A stretch of 64,000 nt of DNA from Balanoglossus misakiensis (Eukaryota; Animalia; Hemichordata): positions 11,167,166 through 11,231,165 of the forward strand of contig CM082578.2 in NCBI GenBank assembly GCA_040954595.2, read 5' to 3'. Below, one piece after another: positions 1 through 12,079 of the stretch (the stretch's first letter is position 1; every line of letters starts with the position of its first letter). The translations under genes were made by a program, and so were the position numbers. The notes under the pieces were generated by a model. The model did not search any database, was not told the origin of the DNA, and was given only the letters and a program-made list of their open reading frames with translations.

Positions 1-3000
1 TGAAAAAAATCATGGGTTATAGCTCATGAAAATCATAAAAAAATGAAAATTTTTCGATTTTGAATATTTTCAAAAATTCTTCATTTTTGATAAAAATCAT
101 GGGTTATAGCTCATGAAAATCATAAAAAAATGAAAATATTTCGATTTTGAATATTTTCAAAAATTCTTCATTTTTGATAAAAATCATGGGTTATAGCTCA
201 TGAAAATCATCAAAAAATGACAATTTTTCGACTTTGAATATTTTCAAAAATTCTTCATTTTTGATAAAAATCATGGGTTATAGGTCATGAAAATCATCAA
301 AAAATGACAATTTTTCGACTTTGAATATTTTCAAAAATTCTTCATTTTTGATAAAAATCATGGGTTATAGCTCATGAAAATCATAAAAAAATGAAAATAT
401 TTCGATTTTGAATATTTTCAAAAATTCTTCATTTTTGATAAAAATCATTGGTTATAGCTCATGAAAATCATCAAAAAATGACAATTTTTCAACTTTGCGA
501 AATCTCAAAATTTCGTCGATTTTTGAAAAAAATCATGGGTTATAGCTCATGAAAATCATCAAAAAATCAAAATTTTTCGATTTTGAATATTTTCAAAAAT
601 TCTTCATTTTTGATAAAAATCATGGGTTATAGCTCATGAAAATCATCAAAAAATGACAATTTTTAGACTTTGCGAAATCTCAAATTTTCGTCGATTTTTG
701 AAAAAAATCATGGGTTATAGCTCATGAAAATCATCAAAAAATGAAAATTTTTCGATTTTGAATATTTTCAAAAATTCTTCATTTTTGATAAAAATCATGG
801 TTTATAGCTCATGAAAATCATCAAAAAATGACAATTTTTCGACTTTGCGAAATCTCAAAATTTCGTCGATTTTTGAAAAAAATCATGGGTTATAGCTCAT
901 GAAAATCACCAAAAAATGAAAATTTTTCGACTTTGAATATTTTCAAAAATTCTTTATTTTTGATAAAAATCATGGGTTATAGCTCATGAAAATCATCAAA
1001 AAATGACAATTTTTCGACTTTGAATATTTTCAAAAATTCTTCATTTTTGATAAAAATCATGGGTTATAGCTCATGAAAATCATCAAAAAATGACAAATTT
1101 TCGATTTTGAATGTTTTCAAAAATTCTTCATTTTTGATAAAAATCATGGGTTATAGCTCATGAAAATCATCAAAAAATGACAATTTTTCGACTTTGCGAA
1201 ATCTCAAATTTTCGTCGATTTTTGAAAAAAATCATGAGTTATAGCTCATGAAAATAATAAAAAAATGAAAATTTTTCGATTTTGAATATTTTCAAAAATT
1301 CTTCATTTTTGATAAAAATCATGGGTTATAGCTCATGAAAATCATCAAAAAATGACAATTTTTCGACTTTGCGAAATCTCAAAATTTCGTGGATTTTTGA
1401 AAAAAATCATGGGTTATAGCTCATGAAAATCATAAAAAAATGAAAATATTTCGATTTTGAATATTTTCAAAAATTCTTCATTTTTGATAAAAAATCATGG
1501 GTTATAGCTCATGAAAATCATCAAAAAATGACAATTTTTCGATTTTGAATATTTTCAAAAATTCTTCACTTTTGATAAAAATCATGGGTTATAGCTCATG
1601 AAAATCATCAAAAAATGACAATTTTTCGACTTTGCGAAATCTCAAATTTTCGTCGATTTTTGAAAAAAATCATGGGTTATAGCTCATGAAAATCATAAAA
1701 AAATGAAAATTTTTCGATTTTGAATATTTTCAAAAATTCTTCATTTTTGATAAAAATCATGGGTTATAGCTCATGAAAATCATAAAAAAATGAAAATATT
1801 TCGATTTTGAATATTTTCAAAAATTCTTCATTTTTGATAAAAATCATGGGTTATAGCTCATGAAATTCATCAAAAAATGACAATTTTTCGACTTTGAATA
1901 TTTTCAAAAATTCTTCATTTTTGATAAAAATCATGGGTTATAGGTCATGAAAATCATCAAAAAATGACAATTTTTCGACTTTGAATTTTTTCAAAAATTC
2001 TTCATGTTTGATAAAAAATCATGGGTTATAGCTCATGAAAATCATCAAAAAATGACAATTTTTCGATTTTGAATATTTTCAAAAATTCTTCACTTTTGAT
2101 AAAAATCATGGGTTATAGCTCATGAAAATCATCAAAAAATGACAATTTTTCGACTTTGCGAAATCTCAAATTTTCGTCGATTTTTGAAAAAAATCATGGG
2201 TTATAGCTCATGAAAATCATAAAAAAATGAAAATTTTTCGATTTTGAATATTTTCAAAAATTCTTCATTTTTGATAAAAATCATGGGTTATAGCTCATGA
2301 AAATCATAAAAAAATGAAAATATTTCGATTTTGAATATTTTCAAAAATTCTTCATTTTTGATAAAAATCATGGGTTATAGCTCATGAAAATCATCAAAAA
2401 ATGACAATTTTTCGACTTTGAATATTTTCAAAAATTCTTCATTTTTGATAAAAATCATGGGTTATAGGTCATGAAAATCATCAAAAAATGACAATTTTTC
2501 GACTTTGAATATTTTCAAAAATTCTTCATTTTTGATAAAAATCATGGGTTATAGCTCATGAAAATCATAAAAAAATGAAAATATTTCGATTTTGAATATT
2601 TTCAAAAATTCTTCATTTTTGATAAAAATCATTGGTTATAGCTCATGAAAATCATCAAAAAATGACAATTTTTCAACTTTGCGAAATCTCAAAATTTCGT
2701 CGATTTTTGAAAAAAATCATGGGTTATAGCTCATGAAAATCATCAAAAAATCAAAATTTTTCGATTTTGAATATTTTCAAAAATTCTTCATTTTTGATAA
2801 AAATCATGGGTTATAGCTCATGAAAATCATCAAAAAATGACAATTTTTAGACTTTGCGAAATCTCAAATTTTCGTCGATTTTTGAAAAAAATCATGGGTT
2901 ATAGCTCATGAAAATCATCAAAAAATGAAAATTTTTCGATTTTGAATATTTTCAAAAATTCTTCATTTTTGATAAAAATCATGGTTTATAGCTCATGAAA

Positions 3001-6000
3001 ATCATCAAAAAATGACAATTTTTCGACTTTGCGAAATCTCAAAATTTCGTCGATTTTTGAAAAAAATCATGGGTTATAGCTCATGAAAATCACCAAAAAA
3101 TGAAAATTTTTCGACTTTGAATATTTTCAAAAATTCTTTATTTTTGATAAAAATCATGGGTTATAGCTCATGAAAATCATCAAAAAATGACAATTTTTCG
3201 ACTTTGAATATTTTCAAAAATTCTTCATTTTTGATAAAAATCATGGGTTATAGCTCATGAAAATCATCATAAAATGACAAATTTTCGATTTTGAATGTTT
3301 TCAAAAATTCTTCATTTTTGATAAAAATCATGGGTTATAGCTCATGAAAATCATCAAAAAATGACAATTTTTCGACTTTGCGAAATCTCAAATTTTCGTC
3401 GATTTTTGAAAAAAATCATGAGTTATAGCTCATGAAAATAATAAAAAAATGAAAATTTTTCGATTTTGAATATTTTCAAAAATTCTTCATTTTTGATAAA
3501 AATCATGGGTTATAGCTCATGAAAATCATCAAAAAATGACAATTTTTCGACTTTGCGAAATCTCAAAATTTCGTGGATTTTTGAAAAAAATCATGGGTTA
3601 TAGCTCATGAAAATCATAAAAAAATGAAAATATTTCGATTTTGAATATTTTCAAAAATTCTTCATTTTTGATAAAAAATCATGGGTTATAGCTCATGAAA
3701 ATCATCAAAAAATGACAATTTTTCGACTTTGAATATTTTCAAAAATTCTTCATTTTTGATAAAAATCATGGGTTATAGCTCATGAAAATCATCAAAAAAT
3801 GACAATTTTTCGACTTTGCGAAATCTCAAATTTTCGTCGATTTTTGAAAAAAATCATGGGTTATAGCTCATGAAAATCATAAAAAAATGAAAATTTTTCG
3901 ATTTTGAATATTTTCAAAAATTCTTCATTTTTGATAAAAATCATGGGTTATAGCTCATGAAAATCATAAAAAAATGAAAATATTTCGATTTTGAATATTT
4001 TCAAAAATTCTTCATTTTTGATAAAAATCATGGGTTATAGCTCATGAAAATCATCAAAAAATGACAATTTTTCGACTTTGAATATTTTCAAAAATTCTTC
4101 ATTTTTGATAAAAAATCATGGGTTATAGCTCATGAAAATCATCAAAAAATGACAATTTTTCGACTTTGAATATTTTCAAAAATTCTTCATTTTTGACAAA
4201 AATCATGGGTTATAGCTCATGAAAATCATAAAAAAATGAAAATATTTCGATTTTGAATATTTTCAAAAATTCTTCATTTTTGATAAAAATCATTGGTTAT
4301 AGCTCATGAAAATCATCAAAAAATGACAATTTTTCGACTTTGCGAAATCTCAAAATTTCGTCGATTTTTGAAAAAAATCATGGGTTATAGCTCATGAAAA
4401 TCATAAAAAAATGAAAATTTTTCGATTTTGAATATTTTCAAAAATTCTTCATTTTTGATAAAAATCATGGGTTATAGCTCATGAAAATCATCAAAAAATG
4501 ACAATTTTTCGACTTTGCGAAATCTCAAAATTTCGTTGATTTTTGAAAAAAATCATGGGTTATAGCTCATGAAAATCATCAAAAAATCACAATTTTTCGA
4601 TTTTGAATATTTTCAAAAATTCTTCATTTTTGATAAAAATCATGGGTTATAGCTCATGAAAATCATCAAAAAATGACAATTTTTAGACTTTGCGAAATCT
4701 CAAATTTTCGTCGATTTTTGAAAAAAATCATGGGTTATAGCTCATGAAAATCATAAAAAAATGAAAATTTTTCGATTTTGAATATTTTCAAAAATTCTTC
4801 ATTTTTGATAAAAATCATGGGTTATAGCTCATGAAAATCATCAAAAAATGAAAAATTTTCGACTTTGCGAAATCTCAAAATATTTTCAAAAATTCTTCAT
4901 TTTTGATAAAAATCATGGGTTATAGCTCATGAAAATCATCAAAAAATGACAATTTTTCGATTTTGAATATTTTCAACAATTCTTCATTTTTGATAAAAAT
5001 CATGGGTTATAGCTCATGAAAATCATCAAAAAATAAATATTTTTCGATTTTGAATATTTTCAAAAATTCTTCATTTTTGATAAAAATCATGGGTTATAGC
5101 TCATGAAAATCATCAAAAAATGACAATTTTTCGACTTTGCGAAATCTCAAAATTTCGTCGATTTTTGAAAAAAATCATGGGTTATAGCTCATGAAAATCA
5201 CCAAAAAATGAAAATTTTTCGACTTTGAATATTTTCAAAAATTCTTTATTTTTGATAAAAATCATGGGTTATAGCTCATGAAAATCATCAAAAAATGACA
5301 ATTTTTCGACTTTGAATATTTTCAAAAATTCTTCATTTTTGATAAAAATCATGGGTTATAGCTCATGAAAATCATCAAAAAATGACAAATTTTCGATTTT
5401 GAATGTTTTCAAAAATTCTTCATTTTTGATAAAAATCATGGGTTATAGCTCATGAAAATCATCAAAAAATGACAATTTTTCGACTTTGCGAAATCTCAAA
5501 TTTTCGTCGATTTTTGAAAAAAATCATGGGTTATAGCTCATGAAAATCATAAAAAAATGAAAATTTTTCGATTTTGAATATTTTCAAAAATTCTTCATTT
5601 TTGATAAAAATCATGGGTTATAGCTCATGAAAATCATAAAAAAATGAAAATATTTCGATTTTGAATATTTTCAAAAATTCTTCATTTTTGATAAAAATCA
5701 TGGGTTATAGCTCATGAAAATCATCAAAAAATGACAATTTTTCGACTTTGAATATTTTCAAAAATTCTTCATTTTTGATAAAAAATCATGGGTTATAGCT
5801 CATGAAAATCATCAAAAAATGACAATTTTTCGACTTTGAATATTTTCAAAAATTCTTCATTTTTGACAAAAATCATGGGTTATAGCTCATGAAAATCATA
5901 AAAAAATGAAAATATTTCGATTTTGAATATTTTCAAAAATTCTTCATTTTTGATAAAAATCATTGGTTATAGCTCATGAAAATCATCAAAAAATGACAAT

Positions 6001-9000
6001 TTTTCGACTTTGCGAAATCTCAAAATTTCGTCGATTTTTGAAAAAAATCATGGGTTATAGCTCATGAAAATCATAAAAAAATGAAAATTTTTCGATTTTG
6101 AATATTTTCAAAAATTCTTCATTTTTGATAAAAATCATGGGTTATAGCTCATGAAAATCATCAAAAAATGACAATTTTTCGACTTTGCGAAATCTCAAAA
6201 TTTCGTTGATTTTTGAAAAAAATCATGGGTTATAGCTCATGAAAATCATCAAAAAATCACAATTTTTCGATTTTGAATATTTTCAAAAATTCTTCATTTT
6301 TGATAAAAATCATGGGTTATAGCTCATGAAAATCATCAAAAAATGACAATTTTTAGACTTTGCGAAATCTCAAATTTTCGTCGATTTTTGAAAAAAATTA
6401 TGGGTTATAGCTCATGAAAATCATAAAAAAATGAAAATTTTTCGATTTTGAATATTTTCAAAAATTCTTCATTTTTGATAAAAATCATGGGTTATAGCTC
6501 ATGAAAATCATCAAAAAATGAAAAATTTTCGACTTTGCGAAATCTCAAAATATTTTCAAAAATTCTTCATTTTTGATAAAAATCATGGGTTATAGCTCAT
6601 GAAAATCATCAAAAAATGACAATTTTTCGATTTTGAATATTTTCAACAATTCTTCATTTTTGATAAAAATCATGGGTTATAGCTCATGAAAATCATCAAA
6701 AAATAAATATTTTTCGATTTTGAATATTTTCAAAAATTCTTCATTTTTGATAAAAATCATGGGTTATAGCTCATGAAAATCATCAAAAAATGACAATTTT
6801 TCGACTTTGCGAAATCTCAAAATTTCGTCGATTTTTGAAAAAAATCATGGGTTATAGCTCATGAAAATCACCAAAAAATGAAAATTTTTCGACTTTGAAT
6901 ATTTTCAAAAATTTTTTATTTTTGATAAAAATCATGGGTTATAGCTCATGAAAATCATCAAAAAATGACAATTTTTCGACTTTGAATATTTTCAAAAATT
7001 CTTCATTTTTGATAAAAATCATGGGTTATAGCTCATGAAAATCATCAAAAAATGACAAATTTTCGATTTTGAATGTTTTCAAAAATTCTTCATTTTTGAT
7101 AAAAATCACGGGTTATAGCTCATGAAAATCATCAAAAAATGACAATTTTTCGACTTTGCGAAATCTCAAATTTTCGTCGATTTTTTAAAAAATCATGAGT
7201 TATAGCTCATGAAAATAATAAAAAAATGAAAATTTTTCGATTTTGAATATTTTCAAAAATTCTTCATTTTTGATAAAAATCATGGGTTATAGCTCATGAA
7301 AATCATCAAAAAATGAAAATTTTTCGATTTTGAATATTTTCAAAAATTCTTCATTTTTGATAAAAATCATTGGTTATAGCTCATGAAAATCATCAAAAAA
7401 TGACAAATTTTCGACTTTGCGAAATCTCAAAATTTCGTCGATTTTTGAAAAAAATCATGGGTTATAGCTCATGAAAATCATCAAAAAATGAAAATTTTTC
7501 GATTTGAATATTTTCAAAAATTCTTCATTTTTGATAAAAAATCATGGGTTATAGCTCATGAAAATCGTCAAAAAATGAAAAATTTTCGACTTTGCGAAAT
7601 CTCAAAATTTCGTTGATTTTTGAAAAAAATCATGGGTTATACATGTAGCTCATGAAAATCATCAAAAAATGACAATTTTTCGACTTTGCGAAATCTCAAA
7701 ATTTCGTCGATTTTTGAAAAAAATCATGGGTTATAGCTCATGAAAATCATAAAAAATGAAAATTTTTCGATTTTGAATATTTTCAAAAATTCTTCATTTT
7801 TGATAAAAATCATGGGTTATAGCTCATGAAAATCATCGAAAAATGAAAAATTTTCGATTTTGCGAAATCTCAAAATTTCGTCGATTTTTGAAAAAAATCA
7901 TGGGTTATAGCTCATGAAAATCATAAAAAATGAAAATTTTTCGATTTTGAATATTTTCAAAAATTCTTCATTTTTGATAAAAATCATGGGTTATAGCTCA
8001 TGAAAATCATAAAAAAATGAAAATATTTCGATTTTGAATATTTTCAAAAATTCTTCATTTTTGATAAAAATCATGGGTTATAGCTCATGAAAATCATCAA
8101 AAAATGACAATTTTTCGACTTTGAATATTTTCAAAAATTCTTCATTTTTGATAAAAATCATGGGTTATAGCTCATGAAAATCATCAAAAATGAAAAATTT
8201 TCGACTTTGCGAAATCTCAAAATTTCGTTGATTTTTGAAAAAAATCATGGGTTATAGCTCATGAAAATCATCAAAAAATGACAATTTTTCGACTTTGCGA
8301 AACCTCAAAATTTCGTCGATTTTTGAAAAAAATCATGGGTTATAGCTCATGAAAATCATAAAAAATGAAAATTTTTCGATTTTGAATATTTTCAAAAATT
8401 CTTCATTTTTGATAAAAATCATGGGTTATAGCTCATGAAAATCATCGAAAAATGAAAAATTTTCGATTTTGCGAAATCTCAAAATTTCGTCGATTTTTGA
8501 AAAAAAATCATGGGTTATAGCTCATGAAAATCATCAAAAAATGACAATTTTTCGACTTTGAATATTTTCAAAAATTCTTCATTTTTGATAAAAATCATGG
8601 GTTATAGCTCATGAAAATCATCAAAAAATGACAATTTTTCGACTTTGCGAAATCTCAAAATTTCGTCGATTTTTGAAAAAAATCATGGGTTATAGCTCAT
8701 GAAAATCACCAAAAAATGAAAATTTTTCGACTTTGAATATTTTCAAAAATTCTTTATTTTTGATAAAAATCATGGGTTATAGCTCATGAAAATCATCAAA
8801 AAATGACAATTTTTCGACTTTGAATATTTTCAAAAATTCTTCATTTTTGATAAAAATCATGGGTTATAGCTCATGAAAATCATAAAAAAATGAAAATTTT
8901 TCGATTTTGAATATTTTCAAAAATTCTTCATTTTTGATAAAAATCATGGGTTATAGCTCATGAAAATCATAAAAAAATGAAAATATTTCGATTTTGAATA

Positions 9001-11470
9001 TTTTCAAAAATTCTTCATTTTTGATAAAAATCATGGGTTATAGCTCATGAAAATCATCAAAAAATGACAATTTTTCGACTTTGCGAAATCTCAAAATTTC
9101 GTTGATTTTTGAAAAAAATCATGGGTTATAGCTCATGAAAATCATCAAAAAATGACAATTTTTCGACTTTGCGAAACCACAAAATTTCGTCGATTTTTGA
9201 AAAAAATCATGGGTTATAGCTCATGAAAATCATAAAAAATGAAAATTTTTCGATTTTGAATATTTTCAAAAATTCTTCATTTTTGATAAAAATCATGGGT
9301 TATAGCTCATGAAAATCATCGAAAAATGAAAAATTTTCGATTTTGCGAAATCTCAAAATTTCGTCGATTTTTGAAAAAAAATCATGGGTTATAGCTCATG
9401 AAAATCATCAAAAAATGACAATTTTTCGACTTTGAATATTTTCAAAAATTCTTCATTTTTGATAAAAATCATGGGTTATAGCTCATGAAAATCATCAAAA
9501 AATGACAATTTTTCGACTTTGCGAAATCTCAAAATTTCGTCGATTTTTGAAAAAAATCATGGGTTATAGCTCATGAAAATCACCAAAAAATGAAAATTTT
9601 TCGACTTTGAATATTTTCAAAAATTCTTTATTTTTGATAAAAATCATGGGTTATAGCTCATGAAAATCATCAAAAAATGACAATTTTTCGACTTTGAATA
9701 TTTTCAAAAATTCTTCATTTTTGATAAAAATCATGGGTTATAGCTCATGAAAATCATCAAAAAATGACAAATTTTCGATTTTGAATGTTTTCAAAAATTC
9801 TTCATTTTTGATAAAAATCATGGGTTATAGCTCATGAAAATCATCAAAAAATGAAAATTTTTCGAATTTGAATATTTTCAAAAATTCTTCATTTTTGATA
9901 AAAATCATGGGTTATAGCTCATGAAAATCATAAAAAAATGAAAATTTTTCGATTTTGAATATTTTCAAAAATTCTTCATTTTTGATAAAAATCATGGGTT
10001 ATAGCTCATGAAAATCATAAAAAAATGAAAATATTTCGATTTTGAATATTTTCAAAAATTCTTCATTTTTGATAAAAATCATGGGTTATAGCTCATGAAA
10101 ATCATCAAAAAATGACAATTTTTCGACTTTGCGAAATCTCAAAATTTCGTTGATTTTTGAAAAAAATCATGGGTTATAGCTCATGAAAATCATCAAAAAA
10201 TGACAATTTTTCGACTTTGCGAAACCACAAAATTTCGTCGATTTTTGAAAAAAATCATGGGTTATAGCTCATGAAAATCATAAAAAATGAAAATTTTTCG
10301 ATTTTGAATATTTTCAAAAATTCTTCATTTTTGATAAAAATCATGGGTTATAGCTCATGAAAATCATCGAAAAATGAAAAATTTTCGATTTTGCGAAATC
10401 TCAAAATTTCGTCGATTTTTGAAAAAAAATCATGGGTTATAGCTCATGAAAATCATCAAAAAATGACAATTTTTCGACTTTGAATATTTTCAAAAATTCT
10501 TCATTTTTGATAAAAATCATGGGTTATAGCTCATGAAAATCATCAAAAAATGACAATTTTTCGACTTTGCGAAATCTCAAAATTTCGTCGATTTTTGAAA
10601 AAAATCATGGGTTATAGCTCATGAAAATCACCAAAAAATGAAAATTTTTCGACTTTGAATATTTTCAAAAATTCTTTATTTTTGATAAAAATCATGGGTT
10701 ATAGCTCATGAAAATCATCAAAAAATGACAATTTTTCGACTTTGAATATTTTCAAAAATTCTTCATTTTTGATAAAAATCATGGGTTATAGCTCATGAAA
10801 ATCATCAAAAAATGACAAATTTTCGATTTTGAATGTTTTCAAAAATTCTTCATTTTTGATAAAAATCATGGGTTATAGCTCATGAAAATCATCAAAAAAT
10901 GAAAATTTTTCGATTTTGAATATTTTCAAAAATTCTTCATTTTTGATAAAAATCATGGGTTATAGCTCATGAAAATCATCAAAAAATGACAATTTTTCGA
11001 CTTTGCGAAATCTCAAAATTTCGTCGATTTTTGAAAAAAATCATGGGTTATAGCTCGTGAAAATCATAAAAAAATGAAAAATTTTCGATTTTGAAAATTT
11101 TCAAAAATTATTCATTTTTGATAAAAATCATGGGTTATAGCTCATGAAAATCCTCAAAAAATGACAATTTTTCGACTTTGCGAAATCTCAAAATTTCGTC
11201 GATTTTTGAAAAAATCATGGGTTATAGCTCATGAAAATCATCAAAAAATGACAATTTTTCGACTTTGCGTAATTTGGTAATTTTGTCATTTTGAGACGTT
11301 TTTCATGGGTTAGAACTCTTGAAAATTGCCAAAAAATGACAAATTTCCGACTTTGCGAAATGTGGTGATTTTGTCATTTAGAGACATTTATATGGGTTAT
11401 AGCTCATGAAAATTGTCAAAAATGAGAATTTCCGACTTTGCGAACTTTGGTGATTTTGTCATTTTGAGAC
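1..11470. repeat. Tandem satellite DNA, 87/88-bp AT-rich monomer, ~130 copies, runs off the left edge
   Basis: CATGGGTTATAGCTCATGAAAATCAT recurs at 11, 98, 185... (87-bp spacing). Two monomer classes: A (..TTTGAATATTTTCAAAAATTCTTCATTTTTGAT, 87 bp) and B (..TTTGCGAAATCTCAAAATTTCGTCGATTTTTGAA, 88 bp). The last 2-3 units (~11250-11470) are strongly diverged. Confidence 0.99.
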
Positions 11471-12079
11471 GTTAATGATGAATATTATGGCGCCATCAGC
11501 GACGTACGTCATGGCCCTCCCCCGCCCTTCGCTTCCTGTTGAAATCACTATATAGGAGCTCAGACACGTGGATGCATTGCGTGGGAGGCGGGACCAGATT
11601 AAATATCAAGTCGGGACAAATTTAATTTTTTTAAGTGGCGTTCATAATGTGGTATTGCTATAGCTAAAGTTTAGGGGACACGGTTTGCAAATTTAGCAAT
11701 CAATTTACATGTTTAGTTTTGGTACAGACTTTGGATTTGTGGCAACTTTCGACACTGTTGAACATTTTAGCAATATAGAAAACGGATCAAACTTCCAGAA
11801 TTTTTGATACTTTTGAATTTCCTGAGCGTCAGTAGGAAGCAAAGAGGAAGGTCTAAGTTGCCAAGGCCAATTACGGAAACGAGTTCGTTTGCCAAAATTG
11901 TGACTACTTTTCATATTTTCATATGTCAGTACATGTATCTATAAATGGTTGCAAACCTGACGCTTTTTGAGTTTTAATGGGACAATCGAGTTTGCTATAA
12001 ATTAACGGGTCGACCTTTGACTTTACCCGTTTCAATTATCTCAACATCAAGGCAGTGTTGGGGTAATAAAATGATACAC

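Noticed and set aside
1-11470. CRISPR array or telomeric repeat (constant motif containing GGGTTA)
   Set aside because: Intervening sequences are not unique spacers but two recurring variants. There are no cas genes and the context is eukaryotic. GGGTTA occurs once per monomer, not as tandem TTAGGG.
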